Shown: positions 1-6,830 of the stretch, in pieces
How the letters are laid out: each line of letters opens with the position of its first letter
Numbering within the stretch: the first letter of the stretch is position 1
IMG/VR virus record: IMGVR_UViG_3300021085_000143
Coordinates: 1-29,952 of that record
Strand: one strand, 5' to 3'
Length of the DNA stretch: 29,952 nucleotides
From: a virus
Lineage: Duplodnaviria > Caudoviricetes
Position numbers and translations under genes: made by a program
Notes under the pieces: generated by a model
Database searches by the model: none
Told to the model about the DNA's origin: nothing
What the model saw: the letters and a program-made list of their open reading frames with translations, nothing else

Positions 1-1
1 A

Positions 2-103
2 GATTACCAAACGCTGTTATCACACGAAGTAATACAGATGATAGAGATTAAGTACTTGAAAGACTTCGTGCTTTGGGAAAAGGCTTACGCAGTATACAAT
101 TAA
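2..103 (+). CDS. 3' end of a CDS cut by the window edge (DYQTLLSHEVIQMIEIKYLKDFVLWEKAYAVYN*); possibly a sulfotransferase-family C-terminus
   Basis: Open frame from base 2 to TAA at 101-103, just before the next ATG at 117. The I..KY.KDF.LW pattern resembles the C-terminal Y..DF.LF motif of Sulfotransfer_2 proteins. Only 33 aa are visible. Confidence 0.35.
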   Translation, partial: DYQTLLSHEVIQMIEIKYLKDFVLWEKAYAVYN

Positions 104-116
104 GTGAGAAGTAGCT

Positions 117-1301
117 ATGAGCCTAGTCGATTACGCAAAGACTGATCGTCATCGAGAAGCAATGCAAGTTTGGGAAGAGTGTGGACGCAATAGTGCAAGG
201 GCTGCTGGGATACTAGGTATCTCGCAGTCTACGATGCGTGACTATGTTTCTATCACTAAGAACACTGCGGCGGCGCAGGGCTATACAGAGCACTGGGACA
301 GCACCTCCCTGGTCGGACCAGGGGAAACAGTTATCGGTCGCAGTGTCTACAGTGCCGATCCAGATGGAAATAAAACCTGGTTAAAAACTAAAAGGACTGC
401 CGCAGAAGCTGAGAAGGCAGAAGCTTTTAATGCTTTCGTTGAGCAGCTCTGCAAGGGCGTTATACCGGCTAAGAAAAAAGCTAAGGGCAAGAAGGTCCGC
501 AAGGACGAACTCATGCCCAGCGTGATAATCGGGGATGCCCATATAGGGGCCCTCGCATTTAAGAAGGAGACAGGTGACCGAGAATTCAATGTAGGCAAGG
601 CAACCCGCGAGGTGGATGAGGCTATCTGCGCGCTCGTGGAGCAGATGCCGGAAGCCCGGAATGGGTTGCTAGTTTCTCTAGGAGACCTGGCGCACTCAGA
701 CAGAGCAAGCCCCTTTGCGACGACAAAGGGCACCCTGGTGGATATGTCTTGCTCCTATGAGGACCAATTAAGGGCGTGTGCCCAGGTCCTGATGAACGGC
801 GTCGAACTGATGCTAAGTAAGGTCGATAACGTGACCCTGGTGGTGGCTAGAGGCAATCACGACGATCACACTAGCCTAGCGGTCCAAGTTATTCTGGAGA
901 CCTACTTCTCCAAGGAGCCCAGGGTAAATGTGCTAAAATCGTCTCAGTACGTGCATTACGTAAGGTGGCACAAATGGCTTTTTGGCATCCACCACGGCGA
1001 TAAGATCAAGGCCGCTAAACTGGCCCAGGTCATGCCCAGGGATATGCCAAAAGATTGGGGTGAGACCACTCATAGGCAGTTTCTAGTGGGCCATTTCCAC
1101 CATGCGTCGGTGCAGGAATTTGAGGGAGTCACCGTGTCTAAGCACGGATGTCTCGCCCCACCAGACAGATGGCATTCCAGTATGGGCTATAATTCAGCTC
1201 ATACTATGGACCTTATTGTTTACAAGGCTGAGGGAGGTAAGCTCATGACTTGCACCTACGAGATCCCTCGAGAGTACGATCAAGCGAATGTGGTGATGTA
1301 A
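117..1301 (+). CDS. Calcineurin-like metallophosphoesterase with N-terminal HTH
   Basis: All five MPP motifs are present: GDAH, LGDLAH, RGNHD, HHGD, GHFH. N-terminal helix-turn-helix-like segment SARAAGILGISQSTMRDYV. Confidence 0.85.
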   Translation: MSLVDYAKTDRHREAMQVWEECGRNSARAAGILGISQSTMRDYVSITKNTAAAQGYTEHWDSTSLVGPGETVIGRSVYSADPDGNKTWLKTKRTAAEAEKAEAFNAFVEQLCKGVIPAKKKAKGKKVRKDELMPSVIIGDAHIGALAFKKETGDREFNVGKATREVDEAICALVEQMPEARNGLLVSLGDLAHSDRASPFATTKGTLVDMSCSYEDQLRACAQVLMNGVELMLSKVDNVTLVVARGNHDDHTSLAVQVILETYFSKEPRVNVLKSSQYVHYVRWHKWLFGIHHGDKIKAAKLAQVMPRDMPKDWGETTHRQFLVGHFHHASVQEFEGVTVSKHGCLAPPDRWHSSMGYNSAHTMDLIVYKAEGGKLMTCTYEIPREYDQANVVM

Positions 1302-1552
1302 TGGAAGACCGATTAAGCAGAGTAGAAAAGAAGATCGACACGCTCCAGGAGGCTATTGTTTCCTTGGCGCGTGTTGAAGAGCGTCTAGTTACTGTTTTTA
1401 ATCGGCAGTCCCATATAGAGAATAAAGTAGACGCGATGGATGAGAAAGTCGACCGCTTATCTGAAAGTGTTATTAAGGGTAAATCAGCTGAGCGAATAGT
1501 CTGGCTAGTCGTCGCAGCGGCAATCGGCGCAGCCGTTAGGTATATAGGATGA
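1301..1552 (+). CDS. XhlA/holin-like coiled-coil protein with C-terminal transmembrane helix
   Basis: Likely start is ATG 1301 (TAATG overlap with the upstream stop), not 1250. Heptad-rich MEDRLSRVEKKID... followed by hydrophobic IVWLVVAAAIGAAV; lies in the lysis region. Confidence 0.6.
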   Translation: MEDRLSRVEKKIDTLQEAIVSLARVEERLVTVFNRQSHIENKVDAMDEKVDRLSESVIKGKSAERIVWLVVAAAIGAAVRYIG

Positions 1553-1734
1553 CCACAATTGAGTTTCCAGACGTTAAGAATGACCGTTTAACTGAGGAAG
1601 CACTGGAAAAACTAAGCGAGTGGGTTGAGCATTATATTGATCTAGGCGTGAATCAAATCACCATTATCGGATTGTTAGATATCTATAAAACCTCCATATC
1701 ATATAATTTACTGGAAGACGTAGAAGATGATTAG
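1549..1734 (+). CDS. Hypothetical acidic protein (61 aa)
   Basis: ATGA overlap with the upstream gene and overlap with the next gene; no recognisable motif. Confidence 0.65.
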   Translation: MTTIEFPDVKNDRLTEEALEKLSEWVEHYIDLGVNQITIIGLLDIYKTSISYNLLEDVEDD

Positions 1735-1981
1735 GAAAGCAAAAGCGGCGTTTACTCTATTACAGAAAGGCAAGGCAGTATCAGACCCGGCCAAGTGGAA
1801 AAGCCGTCAGATAACAGTTACGGCCCTTACAGGCGCATTCTGGGCAGCTATTCAGGCAGCAGAGGCATTTGGTTATGCGATACCAGTGGATGAGGCTACC
1901 GTTGATGCTGTTGCTGTTGGGGCTCTTGCTTTCGTCAACTGGGTGTTCACACTATCAACATCTGAGAAGGTCGGGCTGTAG
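1727..1981 (+). CDS. Putative holin (two hydrophobic segments)
   Basis: Basic N-terminus, W.S.. motif, hydrophobic ITVTALTGAFWAAIQAA and AVAVGALAFVNWVFTL; upstream of the endolysin. Confidence 0.6.
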   Translation: MIRKAKAAFTLLQKGKAVSDPAKWKSRQITVTALTGAFWAAIQAAEAFGYAIPVDEATVDAVAVGALAFVNWVFTLSTSEKVGL

Positions 1982-2084
1982 CCTGGGCTTGAAACCTGTT
2001 ATAGTCAACCCGAATTGGGTACACGTTATTCCCAATATCTATGGCGTAGAAGCCATTTTGCTGACTATGGAGTGCAAAATATGA
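1890..2084 (+). CDS. Putative lipoprotein (o-spanin/Rz1-like) overprinted on the holin gene
   Basis: MRLPLMLLLLGLLLSSTG|C reads as a signal peptide with lipobox-like STGC; two more Cys; the stop overlaps the next ATG (ATGA at 2081-2084). Confidence 0.5.
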   Translation: MRLPLMLLLLGLLLSSTGCSHYQHLRRSGCSLGLKPVIVNPNWVHVIPNIYGVEAILLTMECKI

Positions 2085-2344
2085 ATATATTTACCTATTT
2101 AAGCTGGGTCAAAAAGCTTTGGTCCACTGTCGTAGAAATCGTAAAACTAATTGAAGAAACAATCCCTGATGATGGAGCCGGCAAGGAAAAGCTTGCTGCG
2201 TTTGACTTGATGTTGAAAGCCGCGTTAGAAAAGGCAGACGACATTGATGAGAGCTTTGATAAGCTCCAACCGGTAGCTCACGATATTGTAAGCGCAGTCG
2301 TTACTCTCTTTAACGCGACAGGGTTATTTAAGCGAGCAGAGTAA
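2081..2344 (+). CDS. Hypothetical lysis-region protein (G.GKEKL motif, amphipathic helices)
   Basis: Start ATG 2081 with upstream GGAG; GAGKEKLAAF motif of the kind seen in holin-like phage proteins; TAATG-coupled to the endolysin. Confidence 0.6.
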   Translation: MNIFTYLSWVKKLWSTVVEIVKLIEETIPDDGAGKEKLAAFDLMLKAALEKADDIDESFDKLQPVAHDIVSAVVTLFNATGLFKRAE

Positions 2345-2760
2345 TGAATAGGCTACAACGCCTGCTAATAAGGCATGAATCTCTCAGGAATAAGCCTTAC
2401 GAGGACACAACTGGGAATCTTACTATCGGGGTTGGTAGAAACCTTGAATCACTTGGACTGTCTCGTGACGAGTGCTTATATCTTCTTGATAATGATATAG
2501 CTCGCTGCGACCGAGAGCTCAGGCACAATTTTAAGTGGTATTTAGATCTGTGTAGGGTCCGGCAGGACGCTATGATAAACCTTTGCTTTAACCTAGGTAT
2601 AACTTCACTCCTCTCTTTTAAAAAAGCTCTTTCCGCGATGGCTGAGGGTGACTTTAGCAAGGGTGCTGACGAGTTTATTGATTCGAAATGGGCAACTCAA
2701 GTCGGGCCCACGCGCAGCAGCGATATAGATTATATGGTGCGGACCGGACGATACCCGTAA
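2344..2760 (+). CDS. Endolysin, T4-type lysozyme (GH24)
   Basis: Catalytic spacing E-x8-D-x5-T (HE12...D21...T27IGVG), plus RQDAMINLCFNLG and DSKWATQV. Confidence 0.92.
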   Translation: MNRLQRLLIRHESLRNKPYEDTTGNLTIGVGRNLESLGLSRDECLYLLDNDIARCDRELRHNFKWYLDLCRVRQDAMINLCFNLGITSLLSFKKALSAMAEGDFSKGADEFIDSKWATQVGPTRSSDIDYMVRTGRYP

Positions 2761-2798
2761 AAAAACCCCTAACCAGCGGGAGAACCAGTTAGGGGTTT
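2759..2798 (-). terminator. Rho-independent terminator (minus strand; may also weakly stop the lysis transcript)
   Basis: 11-bp perfect inverted repeat AAACCCCTAAC (2763-2773) / GTTAGGGGTTT (2788-2798). It extends to 14 bp with G.U pairs only on the minus strand and ends in U7. Confidence 0.8.
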
Positions 2799-2830
2799 GC
2801 GGTGGTAGCTGACGGAGATAACCACTCGAC
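2759..2830 (-). ncRNA. Candidate two-hairpin antisense sRNA with anti-RBS loops and intrinsic terminator
   Basis: Minus strand reads GUCGAGUGGU-UAUCUCCGUCAGCU-ACCACCGC-AAACCCCUAACUGG-UUCUCCCG-CUGGUUAGGGGUUUUUUU. A -10 TATACT lies at 2838-2833. Both loops are complementary to early-gene RBSs. Confidence 0.7.
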
Positions 2831-2858
2831 ATAGTATATCTGATTTTTCTTTTCTTAT

Positions 2859-2902
2859 TGTCACCCTTTTTGCTTGACAGAGGATACGTATCTCTTTACC
2901 AT
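2859..2902 (+). promoter_or_regulatory. sigma70 early promoter with overlapping TGTCA-N11-TGACA inverted repeat
   Basis: TTGACA (2874-2879), 17-bp spacer, TACCAT (2897-2902). TGTCA at 2859-2863. Palindrome GATACGTATC at 2883-2892 inside the spacer. Confidence 0.8.
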
Positions 2903-2934
2903 CGTCTACGCTATTAACTGACGGAGTAAAGAAA

Positions 2935-3579
2935 ATGACACAACGTACTATCTTCAAGGCGCTCAGCGCTGTCCAGTCCGATCTATCTAAAGTCGGAATC
3001 GCTAAAAATCAAAAGAACAGCCACCAAGGCTACAAGTTCCGTGGTATCGACGATGTGCTTAACACGCTCGCGCCGATTATTGCTGAGCATGGTGTGCTGA
3101 TTATCCCTAACGTTCTAAGCAAAGACATTAAGACAACAGCCACTAAGAATGGCGGTGTAGCGTCTCACGCAATCCTAGAGGTCGGGTTTGTGTTGTACGA
3201 CAGCGAGGGAGACTCGATCTGCCACACTGCCTACGGCGAAGCTCTAGACACCAGCGACAAAGCTGTCAATAAAGCTATGACCGCCGCTTATAAATACTTT
3301 CTTTTCCAGGCATTTTGTATCCCGGTTGACGGTGTTGATGATGCTGATTCGCAGCAGATTGAGCAAGAAACAGATGTGCCTCAATTAGTTAGCGCGGCCA
3401 CGTTAAAAGAAATTATTTCTTTATGTAATGAGACCGGGTATGAAATAATCGATTATGTAAAGTGGGCCAATGTTCACTCTACCGATCAAATCCCGCAGGC
3501 CAAAGCTGAAATTATTGTTAAGAATTTATTGAAGAAAAAAGCCAAAAAAGAAGAGTCAGAAAATGCAGGAATCTCATAG
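2935..3579 (+). CDS. erf: ERF-family single-strand annealing protein
   Basis: GYKFRGIDDV and GEALDTSDKAVNKAMTAAYKY...F.IP...DAD signatures; adjacent to an exonuclease. Confidence 0.88.
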   Translation: MTQRTIFKALSAVQSDLSKVGIAKNQKNSHQGYKFRGIDDVLNTLAPIIAEHGVLIIPNVLSKDIKTTATKNGGVASHAILEVGFVLYDSEGDSICHTAYGEALDTSDKAVNKAMTAAYKYFLFQAFCIPVDGVDDADSQQIEQETDVPQLVSAATLKEIISLCNETGYEIIDYVKWANVHSTDQIPQAKAEIIVKNLLKKKAKKEESENAGIS

Positions 3580-3760
3580 ATTTTGTGAATCTTGCCGGCA
3601 AAAGGGGGCGGGTAGAGAATACCTTTGCCCTAATTGCTGGAGTCAATTTAAACGTGCTCAAGAAATATGGCTAAAAGGAAATCCAAATGCCCAGGATAAT
3701 AGATTGTGTTCAAGGTGGCGACGAGTGGTTAAAACAACGCTGCGGAGTTCTGACAGCTAG
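3563..3760 (+). CDS. Small putative Zn-ribbon protein
   Basis: CESC...CPNC; fills the gap between erf and the exonuclease; 3' part overlaps the exonuclease gene. Confidence 0.55.
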   Translation: MQESHRFCESCRQKGAGREYLCPNCWSQFKRAQEIWLKGNPNAQDNRLCSRWRRVVKTTLRSSDS

Positions 3761-4286
3761 TCAGTTCTCTAAAGTGTTTACTGGCGCCGGCAAAGCTTCT
3801 ACTCAGTTAGACGGCTTAATCAATACCCTGGTTGCCGAAAGAATTACCGGCAAGCCGACAGAGACGTTTAAGTCGGAAGCAATGCAGCGAGGAAATGACT
3901 TGGAGCCCGAGGCCAGGCAAATGTTCGAGCTCGACATGGGGCTAAGAGCTAATGAGGTTGGTTTGATTAAGATGGACGATTACGAAATAGGTTGTTCACC
4001 TGATTCTCTTATAGGAGATGACTGTGGCTTAGAAATCAAATGCCCATCTGCGTCAACCATGGTAGCATACAAAAGATCCGGCAAACTGCCGTCGGCCTAC
4101 GTTCAACAGGTCCAGGGCTGTATGTTAGTGACGGGAGCAAAGTCTTGGTGGTTTTACGCTTACCACCCTGAGATGACGCCATTTGTATTAAACGTCAAGC
4201 GAGACGATAAATTGCTGGCTGCAGCGGAAGAGCTGCTAATTAAAACTGCAATTAAAATAAATGAACTGACGGAGACGTTAAAATGA
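3687..4286 (+). CDS. Lambda exonuclease/YqaJ-family 5'-3' exonuclease
   Basis: QG.DEWL..R.G.LTAS, RGN.LEP.AR, CSPD, LEIKCP, Y..QVQG.M motifs. Confidence 0.92.
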   Translation: MPRIIDCVQGGDEWLKQRCGVLTASQFSKVFTGAGKASTQLDGLINTLVAERITGKPTETFKSEAMQRGNDLEPEARQMFELDMGLRANEVGLIKMDDYEIGCSPDSLIGDDCGLEIKCPSASTMVAYKRSGKLPSAYVQQVQGCMLVTGAKSWWFYAYHPEMTPFVLNVKRDDKLLAAAEELLIKTAIKINELTETLK

Positions 4287-4588
4287 GTAACTTTACAACT
4301 GTTTTTGAGTTTGCATTATGGAAAGACGCCGAGCGCAAAAACGAACGAGCGCCACACACTACGGGCAGCGGCAGCTTCACTTGCCCTAAGTGCCAGTTCC
4401 ATATTCCCAAGATTAGGACTAGCGCTTACACTAATAAGCCTGATCCACAGAACCCTAAGCGGCCTCTGATCAAAGGAGACGCAAGCATAGGTTCAGATAA
4501 GCTGGCCGAGCTCCTAAACGGCCCAAGCACTGTACCAGTCCCTGCTTCGCCTGAGGCTGACACTTTCGAAGACGACATTCCGTTTTAA
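4283..4588 (+). CDS. Small SSB-like protein with acidic DDIPF tail
   Basis: C-terminal FEDDIPF (SSB interaction tail); directly after erf/exo; internal CPKC. Confidence 0.6.
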   Translation: MSNFTTVFEFALWKDAERKNERAPHTTGSGSFTCPKCQFHIPKIRTSAYTNKPDPQNPKRPLIKGDASIGSDKLAELLNGPSTVPVPASPEADTFEDDIPF

Positions 4589-4597
4589 GGATTACTT

Positions 4598-4807
4598 ATG
4601 AACTTTGGGAAAGCACTAAGAAAATCTCAAGAAATCACAGGGATTCGGTCAGCTCAGCTGGCCGAGTCAATGGGGGTACACCGTCAGCAAATACATAAAT
4701 GGCGGTACAAAGATGATGCCAGGTTATCTTTAGTAATAAAGGTTTGCAGAGAGTTAGGGATGCACCCAATAAGTTTTTTGGAGCTGGCTAATGACAACGA
4801 TTTCTAA
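4598..4807 (+). CDS. XRE/Cro-like HTH protein
   Basis: SAQLAESMGVHRQQIHKWR helix-turn-helix; 69 aa, no peptidase domain. Confidence 0.8.
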   Translation: MNFGKALRKSQEITGIRSAQLAESMGVHRQQIHKWRYKDDARLSLVIKVCRELGMHPISFLELANDNDF

Positions 4808-5039
4808 ATTTACTTATGCTCTCGGAGCAATAGAAGATGCAACGTGGCGTTCTCTAAAGTATCAGGAGCCGTACGCAGTTATCGAGCTTGAGGGTGATTT
4901 TGGCGTGTGCTCGTTTGACAACCTGGAGCCTTACGATAACATTTTGGAAATATGCACTCCGACCAAAAGCAAACTAACGGTGGAAAATGAATCATTTAAA
5001 GCGCCCGAGGCAGTACGCCGCAGAGATTATGATGATTAA
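4791..5039 (+). CDS. Hypothetical protein
   Basis: ATG with upstream GGAG; packed in the operon. Confidence 0.6.
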   Translation: MTTISKFTYALGAIEDATWRSLKYQEPYAVIELEGDFGVCSFDNLEPYDNILEICTPTKSKLTVENESFKAPEAVRRRDYDD

Positions 5040-5157
5040 AAACAGGGAGGAGCGCCGCGAGGCGCTTGATAAAGTACCCGAGGACATTCGGGACTGGGTA
5101 AAAAAATTGGTGGTAAACGCTTATGAAATTCGAGCAGCTAGAAGAAACAGCCCGTAA
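4987..5157 (+). CDS. Small phage protein (56 aa), not in the ORF track
   Basis: MNHLKRPRQYAAEIMMIKNREERREALDKVPEDIRDWVKKLVVNAYEIRAARRNSP; fills the 5040-5122 gap. The PRQYA...REERR.AL..VP pattern looks like a recurring small phage protein. Confidence 0.65.
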   Translation: MNHLKRPRQYAAEIMMIKNREERREALDKVPEDIRDWVKKLVVNAYEIRAARRNSP

Positions 5158-5440
5158 ATACGCTGAGGCTGAAGCAAGCCGGCAGTATTTAATGGAGTTT
5201 AGAAAGTCTAAGAAAGCTTTGCTGATGGGCGAGGCCGAACGCGATAACCCTAAAATGCCTATTGCAGCTCAGGAGCGTTATGCTTATTCTCATGCTGAGT
5301 ATCTTGAGCTTCTTGATGGGCTCAAGGTTGCGATAGAACAGGCCGTAGGGCTCAAGCACCAGCTTGCAGTCTGGCAAATGAAGTTTGAGACTTGGCGCAC
5401 TCAGGAATCAACTAAGCGCGCGGAGATGAATATAAGATGA
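5123..5440 (+). CDS. Conserved helical phage protein, possibly a UvsY-like recombination mediator
   Basis: All-helical; FRKSKKALLM and AAQERYAY...EY motifs. The functional call is inference. Confidence 0.55.
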   Translation: MKFEQLEETARKYAEAEASRQYLMEFRKSKKALLMGEAERDNPKMPIAAQERYAYSHAEYLELLDGLKVAIEQAVGLKHQLAVWQMKFETWRTQESTKRAEMNIR

Positions 5441-5625
5441 TAAATGAAAAAGGTGATTATATTCCGCCTGACGATGTTGAAAGGCTGGCCAAGGGATTTC
5501 CTGTAACGAGCGAAAAGTTCTCATTGGCTTTGCTGAGGTCACGCTCAAAAAAAATGGATCAAGAAACCTTTGACCGATGCATAAGGACTATGGATTCCCT
5601 AAAAGGCAAAAAGTATTTCCGATGA
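5437..5625 (+). CDS. Hypothetical protein
   Basis: ATGA overlaps at both ends. Confidence 0.6.
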   Translation: MINEKGDYIPPDDVERLAKGFPVTSEKFSLALLRSRSKKMDQETFDRCIRTMDSLKGKKYFR

Positions 5626-6197
5626 AGACAAGACGCTGCAAATTATGCCGCACCAAGATCCCTGAAAGCGAGGCGGTCATGGGCGGCATTTATTCTTTTT
5701 GCTCCTGGGATCATTTGTACGATTACACTAGGACAGATCAGGCAAAAAAGACTGTAAAATTGTCGTATGCGCGTGAGGCGAAAGCTGTCAAAGAATCTCT
5801 CAAGACTGCCTCAGATTACGTTAAAGAAGCACAAACTGCGTTTAACGCCTACATTCGCGCCAGGGACCGCAATAAGCCGTGCATAAGCTGCGGATGCCCC
5901 CAGGGAGAAACGGTCCAAGGCGGCAAATTTGACGCTGGTCATTACAGAAGCCGAGGCAGCGCAGGGCATTTAAGATTCAATGCTCTTAATTGTTGGGGCC
6001 AGTGCGTTAAATGTAACCGCTATCTTTCTGGCAATGTGGTGGAGTATCGCAAGGGTCTAATTCAAAAGATCGGAGCCGATAGAGCTCTACAGCTAGAAAA
6101 TGACAATTCACAGCTGAAATTTACAATAGATTATCTTAAACGAGTAAAAAAGATCTTTAATTCCCGGCGTAGGCTATATGAGAGTAAATTTAGATGA
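5622..6197 (+). CDS. ninG: NinG/Rap Holliday-junction endonuclease
   Basis: Start ATG 5622. CKLC...FCS, AQ.AFN.YIR.RD...PCISCG, DAGHYRSRG...LRF...N...QC..CN..LSGN...YR..L..KIG. Confidence 0.93.
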   Translation: MKTRRCKLCRTKIPESEAVMGGIYSFCSWDHLYDYTRTDQAKKTVKLSYAREAKAVKESLKTASDYVKEAQTAFNAYIRARDRNKPCISCGCPQGETVQGGKFDAGHYRSRGSAGHLRFNALNCWGQCVKCNRYLSGNVVEYRKGLIQKIGADRALQLENDNSQLKFTIDYLKRVKKIFNSRRRLYESKFR

Positions 6198-6400
6198 AAG
6201 ATACCCATATTATTGCAATGAGCCCTGAAGAGCTCGATTTGTTTATGGAAAATGATTTTAAAGATTTGACTGAACAGGCCCGGCGCGCAATCGGAACAAT
6301 GATGCTTCTTTGTACGGATTACGTTGATTTTATTTCTGATCATGATTTGTGGGATGAATTTATCAACCAGGTTGAATCAGACCAGTTTGAGGTGCATTAA
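6194..6400 (+). CDS. Hypothetical acidic protein
   Basis: ATGA-coupled to ninG; last gene before the non-coding region. Confidence 0.65.
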   Translation: MKDTHIIAMSPEELDLFMENDFKDLTEQARRAIGTMMLLCTDYVDFISDHDLWDEFINQVESDQFEVH

Positions 6401-6431
6401 ACGATAAGTTCAAATAAATAAAAAAATGAAC

Positions 6432-6460
6432 TTGCAGAATTATTTTTGCGAGATTATGAT
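6432..6460 (+). promoter_or_regulatory. sigma70 promoter driving the structured non-coding region
   Basis: TTGCAG (6432-6437), 17 bp, TATGAT (6455-6460). A-rich UP-like tract upstream, bracketed by the inverted repeat AAGTTCA (6406-6412) / TGAACTT (6427-6433). Confidence 0.7.
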
Positions 6461-6466
6461 GCTGGT

Positions 6467-6830
6467 TGTCGGTGGGCTGATCAAGCCCTAAATTCTGACA
6501 AGGAGAAAAGGAAAACAGAAACCCGACGCACTGATCTTATACTATATTTAGTGTTTGTCATAATTCCTTTTTCTAATCGACTGCGAAGGATATGTCACCC
6601 TCACGGGGTCTCTCACCGAGCGCAGTTTTAAGGCCCAAAAGAGTAGCGCGGGGCCACCGCAACTTGCTAAAAGTCTGAATGCGGCGCGGGGGGATGGAGC
6701 AGCATCCCTTGCAGACTTGCTTGTATCAACTGACTCATTGATACGGCCTCGCCATCCACACTGACGGCTCCGAAGGCAATGCAATGTCCCGAAACCTACT
6801 ACCCTGTGGGTTGGGGCTTGCTTGCTCGCA
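6467..6830 (+). ncRNA. Candidate long structured RNA (possible replication primer/origin or regulatory leader)
   Basis: Dense nested stems: GTCGG/CCGAC, GGGCT/AGCCC, TTCTG/CAGAA, ACTGCG/CGCAGT, AAGTCTG/CAGACTT, GGGATG/CATCCC, GTATCAA/TTGATAC, AACCTAC/GTGGGTT. No convincing ORF. The 3' boundary is approximate. Confidence 0.6.
6534..6561 (-). promoter_or_regulatory. Candidate counter-transcript promoter
   Basis: Minus strand ATGACA (6561-6556), 16 bp, TAAGAT (6539-6534). Predicted +1 near 6527. Confidence 0.45.

Noticed and set aside
2763-2825. Plus-strand CsrB/RsmY-like sponge (two hairpins with GGA in the loops)
   Set aside because: Only two GGA sites. G.U pairing, the U-tract and the -10 box all favour the minus strand. 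Kept only as a weaker alternative.
2769-2957. Minus-strand 62-aa ORF as a divergent repressor
   Set aside because: No HTH, no RBS, and it runs across the promoter and the hairpins.
6467-6527. tRNA gene
   Set aside because: Multi-stem fold, but no D-loop or T-loop consensus (no GTTCRA) and too few arms.
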